Shown here: positions 53,981 through 64,000 of the stretch, in pieces
Position numbering within the stretch: the first letter of the stretch is position 1
Layout of the letters: each line of letters begins with the position of its first letter
Origin: Camelus ferus
Lineage: Eukaryota
Assembly (NCBI RefSeq): GCF_009834535.1
Contig: NC_045707.1
Location: forward strand, 54,314,001 to 54,378,000
Length of the DNA: 64,000 nt
Direction of reading: 5' to 3'
The notes under the pieces: generated by a model
The model's database searches: none
What the model saw: the letters and a program-made list of their open reading frames with translations, nothing else
What the model was told of the DNA's origin: nothing
Program-made: the position numbers and the translations under genes

Positions 53981-55215
53981 TGGCTTAAAGACTTAAACAT
54001 AAGACAAGACACTATGAACTTCTTAAAAGAAAACAGGCAAAACTTTCTCCAACATAAATCTTAGCAATGTTCTCCTAGGGCAGGCTATGCGGGCAATAGA
54101 AACAAGAGCAAAAATAAACAAATGGGACCTAATTAAACTTATAAACTTTTGCACAGCAAAGGAAACTGTAAACAAAATGAAAAGACAATCTACAGAAAAA
54201 GAGAAAATACTTGCAAACAATGTGACTGACAAGGCCTTACTTTCTAGAATATACAAACAGCTCACATAATTCAATAACAGACTCAATAACAACCCAATCA
54301 AAAAATGGTAGAAGACCTAAACAAACGTTTCTCCAATGAAGACATACAAATGGTCAATAGGCACATGAAAAAATGCTCTAAATTGCTAAGTAACAGAGAA
54401 ATGCAAATCAAAACTACAATGAGGTATCACCTCACACCAATCAGAATACCCACCATTAAAAAGTCCACAAAAAATAAATACCAGAGAGGGTGTGGAGAAA
54501 AGGGAACTCTCCTTCACTACTGGTGGGAATGCAGTTTGGTGCAGCTATTATGGAAAACAGTATGGAGATTCCTTAAAAAATGAAAATAGACTTACTATAT
54601 GATCCAGCAATCCCACTCCTGGGCATATATCTGGAGGAAATTCTAATTCAAAAAGATACCTGTACCCCAGTGTTCATAGCAGCACTATATACAATAGCCA
54701 TGACATGGAAGCTAACTAAACTGTCCACTGACAGATGACTGGATAAAGAAGATATACACATACACAATGGAATGCTACTCAGCCATAAAAAAAATGAAAT
54801 AATGTCATTTGCAGTAAAATGGATGGACATGGAGATTCTCATTCTAAGTGAAGTAAGCCCCAGAGAGAAAGAAGAAATACTGTATGACATCACTCATATG
54901 TGGAATCTTAAGAAAAAGGCACAAATGAACTTATTCATAAAACAGAAACAGACTCACAGATATAGAAAACAAACTTATGGTTACCAGTGGGGGAAGAGGG
55001 TGGGAAGGGATAAACTGGGAGAGACTAACTACTATACATAAAATAGATAAACAGCAAGGTCTTACTGTATATCACAGGAAATCATATTCAACATCTTGTA
55101 ATAACTTATAATGAAAAAGTATGCAAAGCAATATATATGTGCAACTGAATCACTATGCTGTACACCATAAATTAACACATTGTAAATCGATGATATTTCA
55201 ATAAAAACAAGTTTT
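53981..55215 (+). mobile_element. Relatively young 5'-truncated L1 (ORF2 C-terminus plus 3'UTR)
   Basis: ORF2 peptides KAKINKWDLIKL-like 'RAKINKWDLIKLINFCTAKET' and '[27 protein letters not shown]'. Partial TSD aaatgtgta at 53968-53976 and 55218-55226. Confidence 0.95.
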
Positions 55216-55674
55216 CAAAATGTGTAGTAAGTAATGTTCAGATTTTTCTTCTAACTTATTTACTCATGTCAAGGTTTTAATTTTCTCCCCATAATTCATT
55301 TATGATTTTATGATCTACATCTTTCTTTCTCATATATTCAAATCAATTCTGTGGCCTTCTATCAATTCTGACTTGTGTCTGTATTAGACAAACCTGACGT
55401 CTTTTCCTTTTCTAACTACCATTAACTCCCAATCCCAGAACATATCACACATTTGTTTCCTGTTAAAATTGTTCATGCATCTCTGATCATTTTCCTCCTA
55501 TATTCTCTTTATACTCTGCCCCTTATGGTAGTCTAGTTGCACTATAACTTCTTATGATACCAGGAATATGAATTCTAAGTTGTTTAACTCCCAGTATCCT
55601 TTATACCTGGGTTCCATCCTCTTACCTAGTTACATCAAGCCCTGTCTATTTCTCAAGTTGTATCTTACATTCTT

Positions 55675-56088
55675 TGTATTAGTTAGGGTAAGCTAAGTGC
55701 CATAATAAAAACATTCAAAAATGTATAATAACTCAAAAACAATAATTTATTTCCTGATCACATAACAAGCACTGAGAGGGTGAACAAGACATTGAGCAGC
55801 ACCTTACCAAAAGTGATTCAGGTATCCTGGCTTTGCAACTCTGCAATCCCAACAGACAGTGTCCAAGGAAGCCCCAAAGACTTTTATTTCAGCCAACCAG
55901 AAAAGGAAAAGAATATGAAGGAAAGTCTGAGGGAGGTTTCATGGGCCAGACATGAAGTGGTGCACATAGGTTTCACTTACTCAGAAAAAGGGCCACACTA
56001 AAGTGCAAGGGAAGCTGGAATATCTAGACTGATGTCTGCTAGGAAGAAGAGACTGTGGGTTTTGGTGAGCAGAGAGCCGTCTCCACCA
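55675..56088 (-). mobile_element. Old MaLR LTR (MLT1J/K/L-like)
   Basis: tgtattagttagggtaagctaagtgccataata...aagtgcaagggaagctggaa...gggttttggtgagcag. Confidence 0.7.
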
Positions 56089-56799
56089 CCTCCTTCAGGA
56101 AATCTTTCATTTTGCTCCTTCTAAAGCCCAGGGTATTTCTACTCTGCTCTCCAGGATGGTTAGGCAGCCTGGAATTCACATTTTAAGACGAGTAGTTTAA
56201 GAAACCAGATGATTATACTCAGAAGAGAAAATGAAGTTGAGTTGATTTCAAGATTTTAAGTACCATGATGTACGTCCAAAAAGACTTGTTCTAAGTTGCA
56301 AAGGAAGGCTGAACTATGCTTACCTTTGTTACAGAGACAAACTTAACAAAAGGACATTGAACAGATATATCAGATACTGAACGAGGCTGTTAATCATAAA
56401 GTAATGAACTTCGCTTTATTGAATGGAATGAAGCAAAAGTTTAATATCCATTTACTATCAATGCTAGCAAAATGTATTGCTCATCCACTGATGACAGGAG
56501 GGAGTTTGGGCTGTGTGACATTTTCATTCCCCATGTAGCAGAACAATATTTTGAGATGGTAACTGAGGTTCCTTTCTTTTCCTCAGAGTTTCCTTGAATC
56601 CATTGCCCTCCCTCCACTCCCAGCACCATTCAGGCATCAGTAACAGCTTTGTCTGTGCATTGCCCTGAGGAGTACAGTCCAAGCTAAGTCAACTGAAACA
56701 CTAAAAATATTCATTAGAACCATAGCAAAGATAATTCTCTTGAAATTTATGGCTTTAACGGCAAAACCCAGCAACTTAATTTTAAGGCTGTCTTTCCAG

Positions 56800-57520
56800 T
56801 TGCCTTTGCCAATACCTTGGAGGCATCACTGACTCCTCCCTGTCTTTCAAAAACCATATCCCCACGTACTAATACCATCAGCTCAACCTTCAGAGTACAT
56901 ACGTATACCTCCAAGATAAGTCCACATATATTCTGGAATGTGACTTTCTTACCACTTCTGCTGCTGCACTCTGCAACTTCCTACTGCTCTGTAAGCACTG
57001 CGGGTATAGTCCTAAATCAGTGCCTTTGAATCTGATACTCTGCTGCCTAGAATATTCTTCCCCCAGGTGTCCCATGGCTTATCTCTCGCTGCAGTGCCAC
57101 CTTTCCTGGGCTTCCACATCCATCCTGCCTAACATGATTAATTTTCCTTTGATCCTCCTATCTTGCTTTCCCTGCTTTATCTTTCCTCTTAGTACTTATC
57201 AGTAACATATTATCTGATTTATCTGCAGATCCAAATAATGTAAGCTAGTAAAATTTTGTGTCAAGTCATAGTTACTAAATGAATGAATAAAGGGAAACAT
57301 AAATTTTTTTTTTAGTTATTATCATTCAATTCAGGTGTAGTACTATGAATTTCCAGACCTTATTTTATGTACTTATTTAATTTGTCTGCTTCTTCCACCA
57401 GGACACGAACTCCATGAGGGAAGAGATCTTGTATGTTTTCTTCCCATTTATGTCTCCTGAGCCTAAAATAGTGCTTGACAAACAGCACGTTCTAAAAAAT
57501 ATTTGATGAGTGAATAAATA
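56800..57520 (+). mobile_element. L2 fragments
   Basis: Two L2 tails (aaatgaatgaataa at about 57290; aaatatttgatgagtgaataa at about 57515) and aactccatgagggaagagatcttgt. Confidence 0.7.
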
Positions 57521-57713
57521 AAAGGAAGAATGTGATTAGGTGGAATGTCATTTTGAAATCTGGTCTTGGTGAGGCTGAATCAAGTCTATTCACTGGTTGC
57601 TTTCTGAATTTTTAAGTTAAATGGGTATTCGAAGGACTTTAACAATTATTTTAGTAGATTTTTCAACATGCTGCTAGAAATAGCTATAGATTAGGCCAAG
57701 TGAGACCTGCTTT

Positions 57714-57751
57714 GTTTTTTTAATTACAGAATAGTCAGTTTACAATGTTAT
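57714..57751 (-). mobile_element. 38-bp L1 3'-tip insertion with 14-bp TSD
   Basis: TSD gtgagacctgcttt at 57700-57713 and 57752-57765. Insert atagtcagtttacaatgt matches the L1 tail at about 31940. Confidence 0.85.
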
Positions 57752-57829
57752 GTGAGACCTGCTTTAACTAATCAAATGCTAGTGGCAAATGTGGCAACTG
57801 ACACATCTGAAGGGAAGTTTTAATATGAT

Positions 57830-58032
57830 TGCGTGGTCCAGCTTGACCCTCAGTCATAAGAACAGTATTTACAAATTACAGACGACTCCTTCAGCCTAGA
57901 TACCAGGCAGAAGCACAGCCAGCCTGCAGCCTACAGGTCACGTGAATAAGAAATATATCCATGTATTTGAAAACCACTAAGATTTGGGGATTGCCTGTTA
58001 CACAGAATAACCCAGTGAAAGATAACTAATAC
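57830..58032 (+). mobile_element. MaLR LTR 3' fragment
   Basis: aaaccactaagatttgggga..tgttacacag....gataactaataca, a typical MLT1 end. Confidence 0.65.
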
Positions 58033-58074
58033 ATCTCTCATGATTGATTATTTCACCAAAAGATTAAAACTAAC

Positions 58075-58284
58075 CTGAATAACAATAGCAGCCTTCTCCC
58101 TCTGTTCTAGGATATTCACAGTGTTTTTTATTTCTTCTTTCTTTAAATTGTTTGATTTTCGATGCAGGAATTTGGCGGGGATGTCAGGGGTCCTACTGCA
58201 GCAGTACGTAGCTTTGTAGAGAGATGAACCTGTCTGCGCACAATGTAACCACGCCAGTATGCCTGGATTACCAGAGCTGCCACA
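58075..58284 (-). CDS. LRRIQ1: LRRIQ1 IQ-motif exon, 210 nt, with apparent 1-nt deletion and premature stop
   Basis: Acceptor ctccaaatag|T, donor CAG|gttagt. Reads (I)VAALVIQAYWRGYIVRRQVHLSTKLRTAAVGPLTSPPNSCIENQTI*, then in a shifted frame LKKEEIKNTVNILEQREKAAIVIQ. Contains IQxxWRGxxxR and the start of a second IQ motif. Confidence 0.9.
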
Positions 58285-60013
58285 CTATTTGGAGGAGAAA
58301 AAAAATTTATTACCCGTAAAGACGCAGTTGTAGATAAGAGGTCCTCATAAGCTATATTTACTTACAAACATAGACTATATAAAGCATTATTTAAAAATAA
58401 GACCCATTTTTTTTTAACAATAGTCACAGAAGTAAAAATAGTATGAAACCTTCAAATCTGAAGAAGAGAGATGGGCCAGTAACTTAGAGAGGGGTATGAG
58501 TACTGGGGATTTTTGTCTGTTTCTTTTAAGGAAGAAGGTATTACTGAGATTTTGTATGATACTGAAGATGCTGAACCAGTAGGGGAGGGGGGAGTGGCAA
58601 TGCAAAAGAGGGGGACAAATGTAGGAGCCAGTGTTGAGTTGGCAAGAGAGGATGGGACCTTGTTCACAGCGAAGAGATTAGGTTTTGAGAGGAAGGAGGG
58701 TCCCACTTCACTGTAAAAGGACCCATCAGGTCTTGCTAGCTACACTCTGCTCCCTACCCATGGACAAATACTTAAATCACACCCTTACAAGCCCAGTAGT
58801 AAATTCTAACATTTTTCCAGCCTACATCTATTTGCCAGTTTCAGGTACAGAATCAATCAACACTGTGTTTTTCTCACATCCCCACAGGCTCCCCCAGCAA
58901 CACTAGCAAAGTCTGACTAATCATGTACATTAACTTTAAGTGGGTTCTCAGTTTGCTTGATCATTTAACTCTTTGTAATTGTATGTTTTCCTTTCCCCAC
59001 GCAGATTATTGCAGGAATATTACCAAGATACAGAGTATAGTCAAAGTGCTAATTATTGTCTTGATCGCCCTTCAAACTTCCGAGTTTAGTTTAAAAGGCA
59101 TCCAAAGGACAAGTGACTCTTGCATATCCACCTTCCTCGGGCTCCCTTGAAACAGTTTTCAATAATTTTATAATTGCCAAACCCAATGGATTTTTTTTCA
59201 TTCCTCATAACAGTGACTTTAAGGCAAAGTGGAATTAAGTGATAAACTGCCAGGCATGACCATACATTTTTTTTTCTCATAGAAATATATTTGTGGGAGA
59301 TTAGAAAGGAATGAGGTACTATTTTTTTTATTGTTATTAATGTTGTTATCATCATCATCACCATTTACCTAAAGCCTGAGAAATCCTTCAATCTATTTGG
59401 CTATGAATAGAAAATTAAAGTCAGTGGATAAAACTTCTTTCTTGCTTAAAATAAACTCCTCGTACTTCTAATAAATGGGAAAAATGTATTTCAACAAATC
59501 TTTTCCTCCTTCTAGGGTAAACAGAACTTAGCAGATTTTGCTATGGAATTAATTCATGTTTGGTTATTTAACCATTAACTCATTCCTTCATCTTTTGAAC
59601 AAAAAAGAGTTAGGGAATTTTAAGACACTATAATATGTATTTAGGTGATAAAGAAAAGCATCTGAAAATGTATTTGTAATGTATAACTGGTAAAGAATGA
59701 AGGGTTTGTAAGAAAACACATTTAACCTGAGACAGCATCTTTTATTTCTCTACAGATACATACAAGATTCACTGACTGGAATGGTGACTTTCTTGTAAAG
59801 CTGACTAGTCTTTGAGTGCTTGAATTCCTTGGCCCACTATCATCAAAATTTCCCAAGGGAGAAAATAAAGAGATAGATGAGGGAAACTTTCCTCAGTGAC
59901 ACCATGCTTTTCATCATGCAGAAGGCAGTGAAAGCAGGTAGAGAAGCTGACTTTAGGGCTTCCTTAATGGAGGGTGCTCTCCATGTTGAGAAAAACAGCT
60001 CAGATTATAACAG

Positions 60014-60060
60014 TCATCACCACCATCATCATCATCATCGTCATCATCATCATCATCATC
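60014..60060. repeat. (CAT)n/(CAC)n trinucleotide repeat
   Basis: Seen directly; intronic. Confidence 0.95.
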
Positions 60061-60384
60061 TCTTTTTTAGAAAAATAATGATGATAAAAATGCCCTTAGC
60101 ATAAGAACACATATAAATCATACTTAGGAAACACCTACACAATGACGGTGAATCTTCCTGAATCACTGAATGGCAAGGTTCGGCAAGTGGATAGACATTT
60201 TCTTTTCCCTTTATTCTTTAGATTTTTGGTATGTGTGTATTTTCAGTCCTTCATCCTTCCTTATTATTATCATTTGGCTATTTTATTTATCATGGATTAA
60301 GAAATTCTAAATGTTATTTGTCTGAAATTTCATGAGCAAGGTCTGGAGTGTTTGGAGCTAATAGGATTCAAATAGGAAATATCT

Positions 60385-60530
60385 GGGGTGTCCTGGTTAA
60401 CATTACCCAAATATGGTGCCTTGGCATACTGACTATTTTAAGCTGAAGGAATTTGAGAAAAGGCACGCGCAGGGAAAATTTTCTGACCTTCCCTGGAAGC
60501 ATGTCATAAGACTGTCATGTGAGAGGTCTT
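60385..60530 (+). mobile_element. LTR fragment (MER34-like)
   Basis: cccaaatatggtgccttggcatactgactattttaagctgaaggaatttgagaaa resembles the recalled MER34-type 5' end. Confidence 0.55.
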
Positions 60531-60854
60531 TATAGTATTTTTTAGAATAATGTGGTTATTTCTTTTCTCCTTAAAATTCATTTTAATTATTTAGAGATTA
60601 GAGGGCAGAAAAAATAATTTCACACGTACTCATTTTAAATTAAATAGTCAATTAAACCAGAACCTGTCAAAATTCAACCAAGTTAATCTGCACTGTAGTT
60701 AATAACTTGTACATATCATAAAAACATAATTAAGGGAATTAACATGAAATATAATACTGATTAAGTCCTTTACCCAGTTACCATTTGGTAATAATGACTA
60801 AGCCAAAAAATAATAAAATACAACTGCAAAAGAAAAATGATCTATAAATCTTAC

Positions 60855-61304
60855 ATTTTTTCAGGATGTTCAACATTTTGACAGTTCTCCAGCAGACACC
60901 TTGTCGTGACTGTTTCCATGAATGGGACTCTTTTGGTGGGGATACTGCTTGCCTTGATGTCTTCTCTTTTCTCGCCTACTATTTTTGAATGATTTCTTCC
61001 TTCAGTATCTTCAGATAAGGAGAGGCTGGTTAATGGGGAGTGACTAGTGCCAGATTCTTTCCATTTTTCAGAAATACCTGGTGAATCCAGTTTATGTTCA
61101 TTCACACAAGAGTAAGGGACTGTGTTTTGCAGTATGCTGTCACTGTTTGTAGGAGCCAGATGATTTTGCTGGGCTTCTGATCCACCTCTCTTGGTGACAC
61201 TCACATCCCCTTGTTCATGTGCACATCGACATTCATTACTAAGTGTCATCAATTTCTTAAAATAATGGCAGAGATTTTCTGCAGCATCCAAGGTGAATAT
61301 ATTT
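60855..61304 (-). CDS. LRRIQ1: LRRIQ1 coding exon, 450 nt, phase 2/2
   Basis: Acceptor tttgctcag|A, donor AT|gtaaga. Open frame NIFTLDAAENLCHYFKKLMTLSNECRCAHEQGDV...QNVEHPEK lies within supplied ORF 60851..61312. Phase joins the upstream exon (GG+A = Gly). Confidence 0.93.
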
Positions 61305-63218
61305 CTGAGCAAATAAATAATGAGGATGTTTAATAAGAAGAATTATATCAGCAGGTATTAAAACTTGTACAGGTTTTGAAAATGTCCCTGTGTGGCCTGA
61401 CATGAATATTAAACTTTACTACAGCATTCATTAAAAATTTATTTCTGGTTGTTTATATTAAAATTGATCTCATTTCCAACAAAATCTGAAAATATTTGTT
61501 TAGTTAATTTCAATCCATCAATCCAGACAAAATGTCTGGAAGTTTTAGAACCATTTTTATTCTAGGTATTTTTGGTACAAATGAATGAGAAAAATCCATG
61601 CTTTTACTACCACAAACATGAGAAATCATGGCTGCCTAAATTTGGAGAAGTTATTTATGAAACAAAGTTAAAAGTACTTTGTACGTTGACTTTTGCCATG
61701 CAAAATATTTGTATTGGACTTTTAAACAAAGAACCTATGGGAAAGTTTTTATTCCCAATTTCTCTGGAAAAAGAATCCATTGCAAAGAGAATTCAAATAC
61801 TTTAAGACATAAATGCTTGTGATTCTCTTGAACAATTGTTGGATTTAACTACACCAAACAAAATGAAAGGAACTATCATTTCCTAAAATGTAGAGGTAGA
61901 CAGTTCATATGTCCACAAAGGTAATTATTAGACATTAGCATAGGTTCCTCTGATATATTTTTGATATTTTGTGTTTTATTCATTTTCTAGGCTAATAATG
62001 CAGAAAAGGTTCAATTCAATATTGGATGTCAATTGTTTCTGGTTAGGTGTTGAATTCACCACCATTTATGGTTAAACATAAAGAACAGAGTCTATTTTCC
62101 ATTCCAAATTGAAACTTTAAGTTGCAATGACAATCAATTATCCAAAGAATTGAGGAATCTAAATTTCAGTATAAGAAGTGTCAAGAGTCACCTTTATATA
62201 AAAATTGTAGATTGTTATACGTTTAGATTTCTGGAAAGATAAATGTGAAAAACCTTAGTATTTTTTTAAAACTATACATTATAACAATTGGAACAATTTT
62301 TAAAGCTGTAACATTTATTTATAACCTGAATAGACTATATTCAAAAACATTTAAATAGAAAAACCAACTCTCACATAGAATAAGCATGTATGAAAGTAAA
62401 ATAGCAATAATTTAAGTATGTAATCTAATAATTAAGTCTAGACATTTGGAAGCTCCATTTCATCAGAAGTGAAATATAAAATAATTTTCCTTTTTAATTT
62501 GTATTTTCTGGAGCTATATAAATTAGAAAATACAGTTTTAAAAACATCAGTTGTAATGCTTCCAGAATTCAGGGTAAGGAATGGGAAATTCTCTTCCGTT
62601 GATTTTTTTCTTTTAGGACTCTACTTTCCAGCTTTTGCCTTCCAAATATATGCATGTGATGACTCCTTTTCTCTACTGCATTCCTATAATACCTTAATAT
62701 ACAAATATATGTGTAACATGATACTTTACATGTTATAAATATATATATAAATATTATATGCTTTATAAAATTATCTTGCTCTGTTGTAACTATTTATCTA
62801 ATTTTCCCTTAAAGTAATCTGTGAATTTTTTAAGGGTAAGTGTAATACTTAGCTTATTATGTGTCTTGCCCATCAATAATTGTTGAATTAATTGTATAAC
62901 CAACCGAATGTTTGCACCTTGTCTTAAAACCATCATCATGCTTTCAATTCTTATCTAATTTAACATTTAACATCATCTTATCTCTTATCTAGTTTAACAT
63001 TTAAATTATGTTTTAAATTATATTCAATATACATATTAATACATTTCAAATAATAAAAAAGATGGTGCCTAGAAGTTCTTTTTTAAAGCAAAAATATCCC
63101 TGAAACACACTGTACTAATCCAAAAGAGTATGACTGTATTAATGAGAATAATTTTTAAACATATGTATAAATTGCATTATATTTTTTAATTATAACAAGG
63201 GAAAGATAACAGTCTTAC

Positions 63219-63398
63219 CCTTTTCCAGTAATATATTTCTCAGTTAGTAAATTAAATTCTCTAATCTGGGACCGACAAAGTACCAGGAAATGCTCTAATT
63301 CTAGTTGATAGTGTTCTTCAGTGTGACTTTCTGAATAAGAGGGTAGCATTTCATCATTGAGGATTCTTAGAGCAGGTAATATTTTAAGTAGAGAATGC
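63219..63398 (-). CDS. LRRIQ1: LRRIQ1 coding exon (end of LRR region), 180 nt, phase 2/2
   Basis: Acceptor ttccaatag|G, donor GG|gtaaga. Translates HSLLKILPALRILNDEMLPSYSESHTEEHYQLELEHFLVLCRSQIREFNLLTEKYITGK(G), resembling recalled human LRRIQ1 'SLLKVLPALRILN...CQSQIREFNLLIENYITGKG'. Confidence 0.92.
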
Positions 63399-64000
63399 CT
63401 ATTGGAAACAGGAAAATAATTAATCTTGAAAAGGAGAGTTTATATCTAAAATAATTACATGCCTATTACTTAATATAAGCACAGAGTATAGTTCAGAAGC
63501 CATTATTGATTTTGCAGAGAAAATATACTGTTAAATTAATTTTTTAAATGTATGGTATCATATCATGTACAAAGTAAGTTTTAGAGTTTTTGACACACAT
63601 TTAACCATTTTCTTCTAAAATACAAATGGGAAATTCAAGCAGTTGGAAACTTGGGCTGCGAGTAAATAAAAGGCTGCATTATGAGAAGCACAGTATCAGA
63701 CACACTCCTTTAAAAATAATATAATTAAAATAAGTTGCTGTTTATTTCAGAAATACATATGAGTTCTGATTGAGTCTCAATAAAATATAGTAAGAGTTGG
63801 GCTAAAACAAGCAAGGTGGTGATTACCATGATTTTCATGATCTGAAAAATCCAAAATGATAATATTTCTCCTTGAATTATAATTCAAGGATTATAATAAA
63901 AATCTATTATAATATAATAAAATCTATTATATATTTAATATATATTATATAATATATATTTTACTTACTCAGAAAAAGGGGTACACTATATATTATATTA

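Noticed and set aside
54023..55041. Several 60-92 aa ORFs
   Set aside because: Broken L1 ORF2 fragments and their antisense; not host genes and not an active element.
58452..58716. Overlapping ORFs that look protein-like
   Set aside because: Purine-rich sequence resembling an antisense L2 remnant; no supporting splice structure.
59877..60104. ORF with poly-His tract
   Set aside because: Translation of an intronic (CAT)n microsatellite, antisense to LRRIQ1, with no other coding evidence.
63960..64000. Donor-like gtaagt on the minus strand at the window end
   Set aside because: Adjacent sequence is AT-rich low complexity and does not encode the expected preceding LRRIQ1 peptide.
1..64000. 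CRISPR arrays, operons or other prokaryotic systems
   Set aside because: Sequence is clearly mammalian, with spliced exons and LINE/SINE content; no repeat-spacer arrays seen.

Overview
AT-rich, repeat-dense mammalian genomic DNA, most likely camelid: it carries two tRNA-derived SINEs resembling the camelid vic-1 family and cetartiodactyl-type L1 3' tails. The window lies inside one minus-strand gene that I recognise from memory of the human protein as LRRIQ1. Nine coding exons with GT-AG boundaries can be read from 63398 down to 28859, covering the end of the LRR region, two IQ motifs and the C-terminal region. The 5' exons lie beyond the right edge; I did not find the final exons between 1 and 28858. 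As assembled, the IQ exon at 58075-58284 is 1 nt short and contains an in-frame TAA, although the six downstream exons are intact (assembly error or recent loss-of-function allele). Introns hold L1, L2, MIR, MaLR/ERVL LTRs, an ERVL pol remnant, DNA-transposon fossils and microsatellites. Unusual items are a tailless L1 5'-end insertion with a 17-bp TSD, an ORF2-less L1 bounded by one apparent TSD, and three co-oriented CTCF-like motifs. Most supplied ORFs are spurious or repeat-derived. Gene and repeat family names come from recall, not database searches, and repeat boundaries are approximate.
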